The notes below the pieces were generated by a model that did no database searches, was not told the origin of the DNA, and was given only the letters and a program-made list of their open reading frames with translations. Below, in pieces: positions 43,249-53,935 of a DNA stretch of 64,000 nucleotides. Both the position numbers and the translations under genes were made by a program. Position 1 is the stretch's first letter, and each line of letters opens with the position of its first letter. Source of the DNA: an uncultured delta proteobacterium (GTDB lineage Bacteria; Myxococcota_A; Polyangia; Fen-1088). The stretch covers positions 64,001-128,000 of the forward strand of contig CAWCMR010000006.1 in NCBI GenBank assembly GCA_963796685.1, given 5' to 3'.

Positions 43249-44158
43249 ATGGGAGCTCGAGGACGCGCGCCAAGGATTGCTGCAGCTTGTATCGGCCTGT
43301 GCATCGCCGACGCCGGCTCGCACGCCGCGCCGACGAGCCGGACGACCGTCAATACCGGCGAATCGCTTCCGCGCACGGCGGTGTCGGATCGGCGGTGCCT
43401 CGATCGGAAGGCGGGGGCCACGCGATGGCTGGGCTCCAACCCGCATGTGCCTTTCTTCGTCGTGGCGGGCGACGACATCGAGCCTGCGGGGAATGCGTGT
43501 TGCGCGCCGTGGGCGGTGCGCGGGTCGCGCTGGCGGGCCATCGGACGCTACGGCGATGTGACGGGCCTGGCCAAGGTCAGCGGCGGCGAGGGGTACGACC
43601 TCACCCAGTGCTACGAGCTCGACCTCGCGATGGTCCATGGCGTGCCAGGGGTTGGTTTGTTTGCCTCGGAGAATGGCAGGTGGAAGCCGCCCGCGCGGTC
43701 GGCCCGCTGGGAGCCGACCCGGGACGAGCTCGACGGTCTTGAACGCATGGTTGGCCTCCTCGAGGCGTTGTTCGAAAAGCCGCGCTGGGAGCCCGAGCGC
43801 GAGAGCAAGCCGCCCAGACCGGCGCAGCTGCGCGAGCGTATGCTGCCCTTTTCCATCGCCCTGGATGCGCAGAGCGGCGAGCGCGGCAAGCGCTTTGTCG
43901 CCATCGGTGGGCGCGCGTTGATTGTCGCTCGACTGGACGAGAAGGAGGGTTGGCGGCTGTCGCACGTCGACCTCTCCTTTGCCATGGACGGGGTCGAGAG
44001 CATCTTCCCGTTGGCGGCCTTCGACGTAGACGGTGACGGCGTGCCTGAGCTCGATCTACCACTGGAACGCGGGCGACGACTGGGCCGACGTGATCCTGCG
44101 CTTCGACGCTCACGGGTGGACCCCCATGGCCGAGAGCGTGGGCGGCTCGAGCGCGTAA
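43249..44158 (+). CDS. Hypothetical exported protein with DVDGDGVPEL (FG-GAP-like) motif; +1 frameshift near 44052
   Basis: Coding-like frame from ATG 43249; shifted frame IYHWNAGDDW...ESVGGSSA* ends at 44158. Confidence 0.5.
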
Positions 44159-44441
44159 CGTCTGATGACCTGTCCATGAATTGGACAGGTCGAAGGAAGC
44201 CGAGCCAAAGGCTCGGCCGCAGGTGGGGTGAAGTCCGCGAATTCACTTCGCGGACGAGGGGCGGGCCGCGGCCCGCCCCTTTGAAATCTTCAAGACGGGT
44301 CCATTTATGGACACGTCTTGAGCGGTGCCGGCTCTGCCGATGGCGGCAACCGGCGGGAATATTTGGCCTGCCGCCCTGTTCTATACGTATGCGAGACACA
44401 GCCTTGCTCGGACGAGCCCCGTGGGGCAGAACGCCAGTTGC

Positions 44442-46688
44442 ATGTTGAGGGTCAAAACCAAAGCTCTTGGCCTGTTGTGCGCCGTCGGGCTCGCTGTTAC
44501 CACGGCGGTCTGGGGCGGTCAGCCGTCGTCCAAGGCAAGCCCCACGGATGCGACCGAAGCCAATATCACGCTGGTGACGGCCGGATTCCTGGAACACTCG
44601 CAGCTATCGCATCACCCGCTCGACACCGAGCTGGCGGGCAAGTTCCTCGATCGCTATCTCGACGATTTGGACGGATCGCGATCGCTGTTCTTGCAGTCCG
44701 ACATCCAGGAGCTTGCCGCCTTTCGCTCGACCTTGGCCGAGGCCATCCACAAAAACGGCGACACCAGCGCGGCCCACGCCATCTTTGCGCGTTACATCGA
44801 GAGGCTGGGGCAAAGGGTAGCCTACGACACCAAGCTCTTGCGGACCGAGAAGCTCGACTTCACGGGGCACGATGTCTACGCCTTCGATCGGGAGCACGCC
44901 GAGCGTCCGCGCGATTTGCAGGCGGCCGAGAAGATCTGGCGACAGCAGATTCGCGCCGAGTATTTACAGGAGAAGCTGGCGGGCAAGTCGCCCTCCGAGA
45001 TCGTGCATGCGCTGTTGCGCAGGAGAGCCCACCAACTTGCCACCATGAAGGGCATGACCGGCAGCGAGGTGATCGAGATCTTTCTGGACGCCCTGGCCCA
45101 CGTCTACGACCCGCACACGGACTATCTGGGGCACGAGCAGATGGAAAGCCTGGCCATCTCCATGAACCTGTCGCTCTTCGGCATCGGTGCGGCGCTGCAG
45201 ACGGAAGACGGCTACTGCAAGATTCACGAGCTCTTGCCGGGCGGGCCGGCGCTGCGCAGCGGTCAGCTCAAACCCGGCGATCGCATCCTCGCGGTCGCGC
45301 AATCGAAGGGCGAGCCCGTCGACGTCACCAACATGCCCATCTCGCGCACCGTCGAGCTGATCCGCGGCCCGAAGGGGACGACCGTGAGGTTGACCATCCT
45401 TCCTGCCGGGGCCGCCGAGGGAGCGGTCACCAAGACCGTGTCGCTGGTGCGTGACGAGATCAAGCTCGAAGACCAGGAGGCCAAGGCCCGCATCCTGGAC
45501 ATGCCGACCGACAAGGGGGGCACGCTTCGGGTGGGGGTCATCGATCTGCCGTCGTTCTACGCCGACATGGGGGGGCGCAAGGGGGCCAAACCTCGCAGCG
45601 CGACCGCGGACGTGGCGCGCCTGCTGGCCAAGTTGAAGCAGGAGCACGTGCGTGGCGTGATCCTGGATTTGCGAGGCAACGGCGGCGGCTCACTGGAAGA
45701 GGCGATTAGCCTGACCGGGCTGTTCATTCGTCGGGGCCCGGTGGTGCAGACCCGCGGCCTCGAAGGCCAGATCGAGGTGAGCTCGGACCAGGATCCCGCC
45801 GTTCAATACGACGGGCCGTTGATCGTGCTGACCAGCCGATTCAGCGCTTCCGCGTCGGAGATCCTGGTCGGAGCCTTGAAGGACTATGGTCGCGCGCTGG
45901 TGGTGGGGGATTCCTCGACCTTCGGCAAGGGCACGGTGCAAAGCATTCTGCCACTCGGGATGATGATGGATCGGGCAGGCTTTACCCATGCCTACGACCC
46001 CGGTGCGCTCAAGGTCACCATGAGCAAGTTCTACCGGCCAAACGGCGCCTCGACGCAACTGCGCGGCGTGGCCTCCGACATCGTGCTGCCTTCGCCCAGT
46101 GACCTCAGCGACGTCAACGAGTCGGCCCTGAAGGACCCCTTGCCGTGGGACTCCGTGCCCGCCGCGCCCCACGAACAACTGAATCGGGTGCAGCCCTATC
46201 TCGCGACCCTGCGGGAGCGCTCGCACCATCGCATCGACACGGAGAAGGAGTTCAGCTTTTTGGAGGAGGATATCGCTCGTCTCAAGAAGAGCGTGGCCGA
46301 AAAATCGGTCTCGCTCAACGAGGCCGAGCGCCGGCAGGAGATGGCGAAGCTCAAGGCCCGGCAAGAGGCGCGCAAGCAGGCAGAGCTGGCCCATCCCACC
46401 CCGGAGCCCAAGACCTACGAGATCACCCCAGAGAACGCCTCCGCGCCCGGCCTACCGCCCCCCATGGCGGCGAAGAAGCAGGACCCCTCGAGCGGGGGCG
46501 CGCCGTCCGGCGAGAAGTCGCCTTCCTCTGCGGATGACCTCGATCAGGTGACCGTCGGCAAGTCTCCCGACAGCGACATCATCTTGCACGAGACCGAGAA
46601 GATCCTCGGCGATTACGTCGACCTTCTCGGCGCTCAGCCCAAGGGACCCCGTCTCGCCGGCCCGCGACCCCTCGGAGCCGACTTGTAG
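44442..46688 (+). CDS. prc: Tail-specific (C-terminal processing) protease, S41
   Basis: YDPHTDY, GIGA PDZ, IRGPKGTTV, DLRGNGGGSL, SASASEI, FGKGTVQ, KFYRPNGASTQ. Confidence 0.93.
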   Translation: MLRVKTKALGLLCAVGLAVTTAVWGGQPSSKASPTDATEANITLVTAGFLEHSQLSHHPLDTELAGKFLDRYLDDLDGSRSLFLQSDIQELAAFRSTLAEAIHKNGDTSAAHAIFARYIERLGQRVAYDTKLLRTEKLDFTGHDVYAFDREHAERPRDLQAAEKIWRQQIRAEYLQEKLAGKSPSEIVHALLRRRAHQLATMKGMTGSEVIEIFLDALAHVYDPHTDYLGHEQMESLAISMNLSLFGIGAALQTEDGYCKIHELLPGGPALRSGQLKPGDRILAVAQSKGEPVDVTNMPISRTVELIRGPKGTTVRLTILPAGAAEGAVTKTVSLVRDEIKLEDQEAKARILDMPTDKGGTLRVGVIDLPSFYADMGGRKGAKPRSATADVARLLAKLKQEHVRGVILDLRGNGGGSLEEAISLTGLFIRRGPVVQTRGLEGQIEVSSDQDPAVQYDGPLIVLTSRFSASASEILVGALKDYGRALVVGDSSTFGKGTVQSILPLGMMMDRAGFTHAYDPGALKVTMSKFYRPNGASTQLRGVASDIVLPSPSDLSDVNESALKDPLPWDSVPAAPHEQLNRVQPYLATLRERSHHRIDTEKEFSFLEEDIARLKKSVAEKSVSLNEAERRQEMAKLKARQEARKQAELAHPTPEPKTYEITPENASAPGLPPPMAAKKQDPSSGGAPSGEKSPSSADDLDQVTVGKSPDSDIILHETEKILGDYVDLLGAQPKGPRLAGPRPLGADL

Positions 46689-46756
46689 CACCACGACCGC
46701 GCCCCAATCTCGCGCCAAGGAGAGCGACAGCGCGGTCGCTGCCAGGGGCTGGTTCA

Positions 46757-46770
46757 GTTCGGTGCTCTAG
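46757..46770 (-). repeat. Solo MITE-end motif CTAGAGCACCGAAC at the gltD stop codon
   Basis: Exact 14-bp match to 61487-61500; near-identical to both ends of the ureF element. Confidence 0.55.
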
Positions 46771-49700
46771 TCTTTGTTCCCGACCTGAACATCATCGGGA
46801 AGCTCCGAGATCAATGCTCCGGCGGTGATGGGGGTCGAGACGTAATCCGGTTCAGGCTTGATTTCGGCCGCCAGCGGGTATTCGGTTGGCTTCATCTGAT
46901 TGAGCTCGACCTCGCACAGGTTCGACCACTCGTTGAACCACGATTCCTTGGTAGCGGCCTTGAGGCATAGCTCGTAGCCCGTGATGGCCTTGGACTCGAT
47001 GGGCTCCGCCTTGTCGACCAGGGCGTCGCAGAAGATCTCGCGCGGCCGGTTGCCCCACTCGTCCTGCTCCTTGAGATCCTTGGGAATGTCGGCGGTGTAG
47101 AGCTGATTGACGAAGTCGGCGAAGACCTGGCCGATGCGCGCCGACGCGGCAATGGTCCAATGGGCCACGTGGTAGTCGAGCACGAAATCGTACATCCCTT
47201 TCCTGTCCTTGCTCGAGCTCGCCAGGCGGTCGGCCAGCTTGGTCTTTTCGTTCAGGTAGGCCAGGAACTTCTTCTCCGAATCGTCGTATTTCTTCTTCTT
47301 GGCCGTGGCGACTTTCTTGCTGTCGTATTGTGTCGGCTGCTGGAAGTCGAGGCCTTGCGGGAACTTGACCTTGAGGAACTGCTCGTAGACCTGCTCTGCC
47401 TGGTAGAAGGCCGCGCCGGCCACGGCAAAGCGCATGAAGGCATCGCGAGCCGCGGCCTCGTCATGGTTCGTTACCTGGCTTTGCAGCTTCTTTTCGGCCT
47501 CGCCCTTGGCCCACAATTTGAGCACCTCATTGAAGTCTTTCTGGGCCTCGGCGGCCAGTTTGGGCGAACGGTCGTACACGGTGATCTTCGAGCTGGTGGG
47601 CGGGCCGCACTGGGTGCGAAGCTTCTCCCGCAGCTTCTTCTTCCTGTCCTTGATCTTCCTGTTGATCTCGTACAGCGCCTTCTGTTTGCCGTTCATGGTC
47701 AGGCGGTCGATCTTGATGCACGCCCCGTTCACGCCCGCCTGTGGGCAGGACTTCGCCCAGGCGATTTCACCGAGCTTGAAGTGCGCGAGGATCTCTTTGT
47801 CGATGCCCCCCTTGGCACCCCACTTCTTCAGGTATGCCTCGAGGTTCTTGGCGAGCTCGTCGGTCTTGTTCTCTTTCTCGTACACCTCGCTCATCTGGAA
47901 CACGACATTGGCGGTCTCGGCGGGACGTTTTGCGCCGTAGTACTTGACGAAGTTGTTCATGTCCTGAATCGCCTGGTCGAACTCGCCCAGACCGATGCGG
48001 AACGAATAGGCATTGCCGAGCGCGGTCAGCGCCTTCTTTTCCCCGGGGAACTTGTTGGCGAATTCCTCGTAGCGCCTGGCCGCCTCGGAGTAGTAGGCGA
48101 GCTGGTGGTAGCCGGAGGCGATCTGGAACAGCGCCCGCTGCGCCAGCGGATCGTTCGGGTGGTCCTTGATGAGCTCTTCACGCGCCTTGATGGCCTGACC
48201 AATCAGGTGCGCGTTCTGGAAGCACAATCCGGCATTGTATAGGCGCTGGGCGTGATCCTTGTGCTCGGGCAGCGTCTCGGCGGCAGCGATGAAGGAGATC
48301 CCGCATTCCTTGTAGTTCTTGTCCTTCTCGTACTGCTTCGCTTCGGCAACCAGACTGTCGGTCTTGAGCGATACCATCTGTTTGCGGAATTCCTCGTCCT
48401 TCATGAGGATGGGATTGGCCAGATAGTTGTCGACGGTGTGCAGCAGCTCCTTGTAGCGGTGGAGAATGTTGAGACAATCGAGGAGTAGGTTGGCCGAGTA
48501 GATCGCGAGCTCGTCGGTCGTGTTGTGGTCGACAATGTCGGCAAAGAGCTTGATGGCCTCGTCGAAGTGATTGTAGTCGTAGAAGATGCGCGCCTTGCGG
48601 TACTTGATCTTGACCAGCTCCGGGGCATCGGGCACGTATTTGATATAGGTATCGAAGGCATCGATCATCTTTTGCTGATACTCGGGGATCGGCCGCGGCT
48701 CCAATTTCTTCTCGCGATCCTTTTCCCTGTCCACGCCTTCGCCCTCGTCGCTGATGTTGAGGGCGTTCTTCCAGGCCAGCACGGCGGCGTAGGCGGCCTC
48801 CTTGACGTACTTACCCTTGGGGTCGAGGTGGATGACCTTGGTGTACGTCTCGGCCGCCTCCTTCCACGCGTTCATCTGCCACAGAATCTCGCCGTAATAG
48901 AAGGTCATCTCCGGCGTGTCCTTTTCGTTGCCGAAGTGGTTCAAGAACTCCCTGTAGACCATTCCCGCCAGTTGGTAGGTGTCGGCGTTCTTGGTCCGCT
49001 GCGCCTCCTTGTGCCAGATGAGCGCCAGCTCCTTGGCCGTGTCGTGGTACACGTTCTGGCACTCCCTCATGAGGTCTTTCTTGACGTCCGTTCGTTTGGC
49101 CGTCGCCTCGTACACGTTGCCCAGTCGAATGAGCTCTTGCACTTGGTCTCTCTTGGTGCCGCTGGACAGCGTGTTGCGCAGGATCTTGTCCTGCCACTCG
49201 CAAAGGCGCTGCGAGCCTTCGTTGAGGGAGATGATCTTCCGGTAGACCCTCGATGACTCGGTGAACATACCCTGTTCCCAGTACAGCTCGGCCAACGCCT
49301 CGAGCATCTTGGGCGCGTAGTCGCCGCCCATGCGCTGGAAGAACTCCCAGGCCTTGTCGGGGCTGGCGCCGGGTGTTCGGCCATAGGCCTTGACCAGATC
49401 CTTCTTGGCCTCCCGTTCGAGTGGCCCGGCCTGGTTCTTCGCGATCTTTCCGTTCTGGCAAAGTTGGATGACCTTGACGAAGATCTCGAGCGCGTTCTTG
49501 AAGTTGCCGAGATTGATCTCGACCCAGCCCTTCTTGTACAGGGCATAGCCGAACACCGTGGAGGCGGGAAATTCCGTGACCTTATCGTAGAATTTTCCGG
49601 CGGTTTCCATGTCGCCCTTCTGGAAGTACAGCTCGGCAAACGAGAGGTAGGCGTTGGGCACGTACTTCGACTGCGGATAGTCCTTGATGAGGCGGTGGTA

Positions 49701-50315
49701 GAATTCGCGCGCCTGGTCTTCCTTTTTCAGCATCTGCAGCAGGTACGCCAGCCGGAAGAGCACCTCGTCCATGCGCGCGTAGGTCGGGTATTTGGAGGCG
49801 GCGACGTAGCTCTTGACCGCCTTCAGCGCCGAATCGTCGGCCAGCTTCTGGTAGCGCTGCTGCTTCTGTTGCAGGCTGGCCACGAGGCCGGGGTTCTTCG
49901 CCTGCTGCGCCTCGTAGATCTTTTCGTCGAGGGCGCGCGCGTTGAACGTCAGATAGCGCTCCTTGTCGGCAAAGAGCTCGCCGAGGCGGAACATATAGTC
50001 CGGTTTCTGTGGATCGTCGTTGGAGGAGTTCTCCACCAGATCGTACATGTACCGGATCTGCTTGTCCGTGATTGCATTGATCTTGTTTCTCTGTTGACCC
50101 TCGAACGCGTCCACGGTCAGGACCGGTCCGGTCTCCTTCTTCTGCTCCTTGGGCGGCTCCTTGGGGCGCGTAAGCTCGGTTTGCGTCCCCTCGGTGACCT
50201 CGACTTCCTTCTTCTTGAACCTGGCCTCGGCTTGGGCCGAGGTCGCGGCAAAGGTGGCCGCGGCGAGAAAGGCCCCGAACAGGGCGAACCGCGCGAAGAG
50301 TCGACTGAGATTCAT
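46767..50315 (-). CDS. gltD: Large periplasmic TPR protein, GltD/AgmU-like (gliding motility)
   Basis: About 1180 aa, signal peptide, many TPRs; DPQKPDYMFRLGEL, LIKDYPQSKYVP, WTIAASARIG, FCDAL...PIESKA, WFNEWS. Confidence 0.65.
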   Translation of the reverse strand: MNLSRLFARFALFGAFLAAATFAATSAQAEARFKKKEVEVTEGTQTELTRPKEPPKEQKKETGPVLTVDAFEGQQRNKINAITDKQIRYMYDLVENSSNDDPQKPDYMFRLGELFADKERYLTFNARALDEKIYEAQQAKNPGLVASLQQKQQRYQKLADDSALKAVKSYVAASKYPTYARMDEVLFRLAYLLQMLKKEDQAREFYHRLIKDYPQSKYVPNAYLSFAELYFQKGDMETAGKFYDKVTEFPASTVFGYALYKKGWVEINLGNFKNALEIFVKVIQLCQNGKIAKNQAGPLEREAKKDLVKAYGRTPGASPDKAWEFFQRMGGDYAPKMLEALAELYWEQGMFTESSRVYRKIISLNEGSQRLCEWQDKILRNTLSSGTKRDQVQELIRLGNVYEATAKRTDVKKDLMRECQNVYHDTAKELALIWHKEAQRTKNADTYQLAGMVYREFLNHFGNEKDTPEMTFYYGEILWQMNAWKEAAETYTKVIHLDPKGKYVKEAAYAAVLAWKNALNISDEGEGVDREKDREKKLEPRPIPEYQQKMIDAFDTYIKYVPDAPELVKIKYRKARIFYDYNHFDEAIKLFADIVDHNTTDELAIYSANLLLDCLNILHRYKELLHTVDNYLANPILMKDEEFRKQMVSLKTDSLVAEAKQYEKDKNYKECGISFIAAAETLPEHKDHAQRLYNAGLCFQNAHLIGQAIKAREELIKDHPNDPLAQRALFQIASGYHQLAYYSEAARRYEEFANKFPGEKKALTALGNAYSFRIGLGEFDQAIQDMNNFVKYYGAKRPAETANVVFQMSEVYEKENKTDELAKNLEAYLKKWGAKGGIDKEILAHFKLGEIAWAKSCPQAGVNGACIKIDRLTMNGKQKALYEINRKIKDRKKKLREKLRTQCGPPTSSKITVYDRSPKLAAEAQKDFNEVLKLWAKGEAEKKLQSQVTNHDEAAARDAFMRFAVAGAAFYQAEQVYEQFLKVKFPQGLDFQQPTQYDSKKVATAKKKKYDDSEKKFLAYLNEKTKLADRLASSSKDRKGMYDFVLDYHVAHWTIAASARIGQVFADFVNQLYTADIPKDLKEQDEWGNRPREIFCDALVDKAEPIESKAITGYELCLKAATKESWFNEWSNLCEVELNQMKPTEYPLAAEIKPEPDYVSTPITAGALISELPDDVQVGNKD

Positions 50316-50582
50316 GGGTGTTCTCCTATGCCTCGCATCATCCGTGCCTTGCCCCATCTGTGCATTCACGGTGCCACCGGTTGTCATGGGCGGGCGGCTT
50401 GCGACCTTGCCCAATGCGACGATTCCGCGCGCTGAATTTCGTTTTGGCCACGAGGCAATTCGTCACGTGTGGCAGGTCGCCACGCCACAACAGCTCTCCC
50501 GAACTTGGAGTCCGCCCACGGGCTGCGCACTTCGAGCTGTCTCTACTTTTGGGCCGGACGAGGCTTGCTCGGCGCCTTCTCT

Positions 50583-51009
50583 TCAGAAGCTGCACATCCG
50601 CCTCGGTCTCGTCGGATGCCTCCATTTCCTCTTCTTCGGATTCCTCCAAGTCCATCGGAGTCGGAGGGCCGTGCCCCATGGCAGTGGGTAATGGCTCTTG
50701 CGTCGAGCCGGGCGGATTGGACTCATCAGGTTGGGTGTCGAATTCGCTGCCGGCATCGCTCTCGAGGAAGGGCCCTCCCATGTCCTCGGGTACTTCCTGT
50801 TCGAAATCCTCGTCGGCCACATCCTCGCCGGTCGTGGCAGCGCTCACGAAGTCCTCGGCCAATGCATTGGCGAGGTCGTCTTCACTTCTGGCAGGCCCAT
50901 TGGCCGGGTCGGGAATGAAGGCGTTCGCGTCGTCGTGGCGCACTCTACTCACGCGCGCGTCCGGCTCTGCAGGATGCGTCTGTTTGCCCCCACTCAATCG
51001 TTTGGCCAT
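50583..51009 (-). CDS. Acidic hypothetical protein (as read, extends to 50338; likely true stop at 50583)
   Basis: DDANAFIPDP, DDLANALAEDFVSAATTGED, EDMGGPF, DESNP; the Arg-rich read-through tail starts at an AGCT and one base deletion gives a stop at 50583. Confidence 0.55.
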
Positions 51010-51107
51010 ACATGAACTATACCCCCGGCGGTGCAACGTGCTTCCCCCGACAGCCGCGTCGACGCTCGGCGCGGACTTCGCCCGCAACCCAAGGCTTCAT
51101 CCGGCCG

Positions 51108-51584
51108 TTACAGAGCGTCGCGGACGATGAATTTGGCCCGGGCCTCCACCACGACCTTGCCGTCCTGAAGCAGCTCGGCGCGCTGAAGATAGAGTGGATG
51201 CGCGCTGGCGTTCTCGGTCCAGGCCCGGACCATGGCAAACCGGCCCGTCGAGGTGGGTGCCAGAAAGCGAACCTCGAGCGCAGCCGTGACTGCCACGACG
51301 CCGATGGCAAAGAGGGCGCTCGCCATGGCCGAATCGAGCAGTGCGGAGATGACCCCGCCGTGCAAGACGCTCGGGTAGCTTTGCAGCATGGGCAAGCAGT
51401 CGAACGCGGCCGCCACCGAACCGTCCGGTTGAACCTTGAACTTCACTTTGAGACCGTTCGGATTCGCCGGCCCACAGAGCAGACACATCGCGTGCTCTCG
51501 TTCCCTCATCCTATCGAGGCACTCCTGGGTCGCCACCACGCCGGCAGCCTTGACGCTGATCGCGTTGGATTCGCGGGGAAGCAT
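51108..51584 (-). CDS. PaaI-family thioesterase
   Basis: CLLCGPANPNGL, LHGGVISALLDSAM, LEVRFLAP. Confidence 0.85.
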   Translation of the reverse strand: MLPRESNAISVKAAGVVATQECLDRMREREHAMCLLCGPANPNGLKVKFKVQPDGSVAAAFDCLPMLQSYPSVLHGGVISALLDSAMASALFAIGVVAVTAALEVRFLAPTSTGRFAMVRAWTENASAHPLYLQRAELLQDGKVVVEARAKFIVRDAL

Positions 51585-51727
51585 TCGCGGCTCTGAAAGT
51601 AGTGGACATACGTGCAAAATACAACAACAAAGCCGCAGCCCTGGAACGTCTCTGTTTCGGTGGTAATCCCTGGCCCCTTCGCCGGACAGCTCGGTGCGTC
51701 CTGTGTCCTGGAACGCGCGGACAGAAT

Positions 51728-51745
51728 TTGTCACCAAATTGAAAC
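51728..51745 (+). promoter_or_regulatory. Pho box
   Basis: TTGTCAC-CAAA-TTGAAAC, 7-4-7 direct repeat 35 bp upstream of pstS. Confidence 0.6.
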
Positions 51746-51780
51746 GTGGGGTCGCTGGTCCGTGAGCCAGTCTCCTCCGC

Positions 51781-52896
51781 ATGCATACACTACCCATCCC
51801 AGGCAGCGACAAGAGAAGACGTGCTCACTCGACCCTCGGCGAAGTCGCCGGATTGGCCCTCGTGGCCGCCGGCTCCATCGTGCTGGGCGGCAGGGCTCAG
51901 GCAGGCGAGGCGACCACCATCTCGGGAGCAGGCGCCACGTTTCCGTACCCGGTCTATTCCAAGTGGGCGGACACCTATGCGAAGGAGACCCAGGTCAAGC
52001 TGAACTATCAGGCCATCGGGTCCGGCGGTGGCATCAAGCAAATCAGCGAGGGAACGGTCGATTTCGGCGCGTCCGACGCGCCCCTTACACCCGAGGAGCT
52101 GGACAAGGCGGCCTTGATTCAGTTCCCCATGGTCATGGGCGGCGTGGTTCCGGTCGTCAATATTCCTGGCATCAAGTCGGGTGAGCTCAAGCTGGAGCCG
52201 GCGGTGCTGGCGGAGATCTTCATGGGCAAGATCAAGAAGTGGGATGACCCGGCCATCAAGAAGAGCAACCCGGGATTGAAACTGCCCGCCACCGCCGTGT
52301 CCGTGGTGCACCGCTCGGATGGCTCGGGCACCACCTGGATCTTCACCAACTATCTGGCCAAGGTCAGCCCAGAGTGGTCCAAGTCGGTCGGCAGCGACAA
52401 GTCGGTGGCGTGGCCAACGGGCGTGGGTGGCAAGGGCAACCAGGGCGTGGCCTCCTACGTTCAGCGCATCAGCGGCGCGATCGGGTACGTCGAGTCTGCC
52501 TATGCCACGCAGAACCGAATGCCGCACGCCAAGCTGAAGAACCGCGACGGCAAGTTCGTCGACCCCACGGACGAGAGCGTTCAGGCCGCCGCCAAGGGCG
52601 CGGATTGGACGCACGCCCACGGTTTCTACATGGTTCTCACCGACCAGCCGGGCGCCGACTCGTGGCCCATCACGGGCGCCTCCTTCGTGCTGCTTCGCCG
52701 CGTGCAGAAGGATCCCGATGTCTGTCGCGCGGTGTTGCGCTTCTTCGACTGGAGCTACCGCAACGGTGGCGCCGCGGCGAAAGAGCTCGGTTACATCCCC
52801 ATGCCCAGCAACGTGGTGGAGATGGTGGAAAAGACCTGGGCGAAAGATCTGAAGGACGCTGGCGGGAAGAAGGTCTGGCCCGCGGGCAAGCGTTGA
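51781..52896 (+). CDS. pstS: Phosphate ABC transporter binding protein
   Basis: GAGATFPYP, YQAIGSGGG, DFGASD, RSDGSGTT, GKGNQGV. Confidence 0.96.
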   Translation: MHTLPIPGSDKRRRAHSTLGEVAGLALVAAGSIVLGGRAQAGEATTISGAGATFPYPVYSKWADTYAKETQVKLNYQAIGSGGGIKQISEGTVDFGASDAPLTPEELDKAALIQFPMVMGGVVPVVNIPGIKSGELKLEPAVLAEIFMGKIKKWDDPAIKKSNPGLKLPATAVSVVHRSDGSGTTWIFTNYLAKVSPEWSKSVGSDKSVAWPTGVGGKGNQGVASYVQRISGAIGYVESAYATQNRMPHAKLKNRDGKFVDPTDESVQAAAKGADWTHAHGFYMVLTDQPGADSWPITGASFVLLRRVQKDPDVCRAVLRFFDWSYRNGGAAAKELGYIPMPSNVVEMVEKTWAKDLKDAGGKKVWPAGKR

Positions 52897-52921
52897 TGGA
52901 GCCGGGCCGCAAAGTGATATC

Positions 52922-53935
52922 TTGAGATCGGTAGAAGCAGCCACGCAAGAGGAGGGGGGGCCGCCTTTCGAGGTAGCCCCTCCAGACCTGGGCGTGGGTG
53001 TGGGCTCGCGTGCGCCCGGCGATGTGTTCTTTCGGGGACTGACCGGATTCTTCGCCGTGCTGGTGTTGCTGTCGGTCTTCGGCATGCTGGTCACGCTCCT
53101 CGTGGGGGCTTGGCCGGCGCTCAAGGCCTTCGGGTTCGGGTTTCTCACCAGCAAGGAGTGGAATCCGGTCACCGAGCAGTTCGGGACCTTGGCTCCTCTC
53201 TACGGCACCGTGATCACGTCGGTCATCGCTCTACTCGTGGGGGTTCCGGTCAGCTTCGGGATTGCCCTCGTGATCACCGAGCTTGCCCCAGGCTGGCTGA
53301 AGCGGCCCATCGGCGTGGCCATCGAGCTTCTGGCCGCCATTCCCAGCATCATCTACGGAATGTGGGGGCTTTTCATCTTCGCCCCGCTCTTCGCGTCGAC
53401 CCTGCAACCTTGGTTGACCGAGCACATGGGGTCGTGGCCGCTCCTGGGCTCGCTGGTCGAAGGGCCGCCCATGGGTATCGGCATGCTCACGGCCGGGCTC
53501 ATCCTGGCCATCATGATCGTCCCCTTCATGGCGGCGGTGATGCGCGACGTGTTCGAGACCGTGCCAGCTTCACTGCGCGAATCCGCCTATGCGCTTGGCT
53601 GCACGACCTGGGAGGTCGTGTGGCGGGTGATCCTACCCTACACGCGCGTGGGCGTGATCGGCGGCATCATGCTGGGCCTCGGCAGGGCTCTGGGCGAGAC
53701 CATGGCGGTCACGTTCGTCATCGGCAACGCCCAAGACGTCAAGCTGTCCTTGTTCATGCCGGGCAGCACGATTTCCTCGACGCTGGCCAATGAGTTCACC
53801 GAGGCCACCACCCCGCTTTACACATCGTCCTTGCTGGCCTTGGGGTTGGTCCTCTTCGTGTTGACGTTCATCGTCCTTGTCGGTGCGCGCCTGATGCTGA
53901 TGAAGATGCGGGCACGCGAGGGGGTGAGAACATGA
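52922..53935 (+). CDS. pstC: Phosphate ABC transporter permease
   Basis: ELLAAIPSIIYGMWG, ESAYALG, GRALGETMAV. Confidence 0.95.
   Translation: MRSVEAATQEEGGPPFEVAPPDLGVGVGSRAPGDVFFRGLTGFFAVLVLLSVFGMLVTLLVGAWPALKAFGFGFLTSKEWNPVTEQFGTLAPLYGTVITSVIALLVGVPVSFGIALVITELAPGWLKRPIGVAIELLAAIPSIIYGMWGLFIFAPLFASTLQPWLTEHMGSWPLLGSLVEGPPMGIGMLTAGLILAIMIVPFMAAVMRDVFETVPASLRESAYALGCTTWEVVWRVILPYTRVGVIGGIMLGLGRALGETMAVTFVIGNAQDVKLSLFMPGSTISSTLANEFTEATTPLYTSSLLALGLVLFVLTFIVLVGARLMLMKMRAREGVRT

Noticed and set aside
50338-50582. Arg-rich C-terminal extension of the acidic protein
   Set aside because: Composition changes abruptly at an AGCT where one base deletion gives a stop; likely a frameshift artefact
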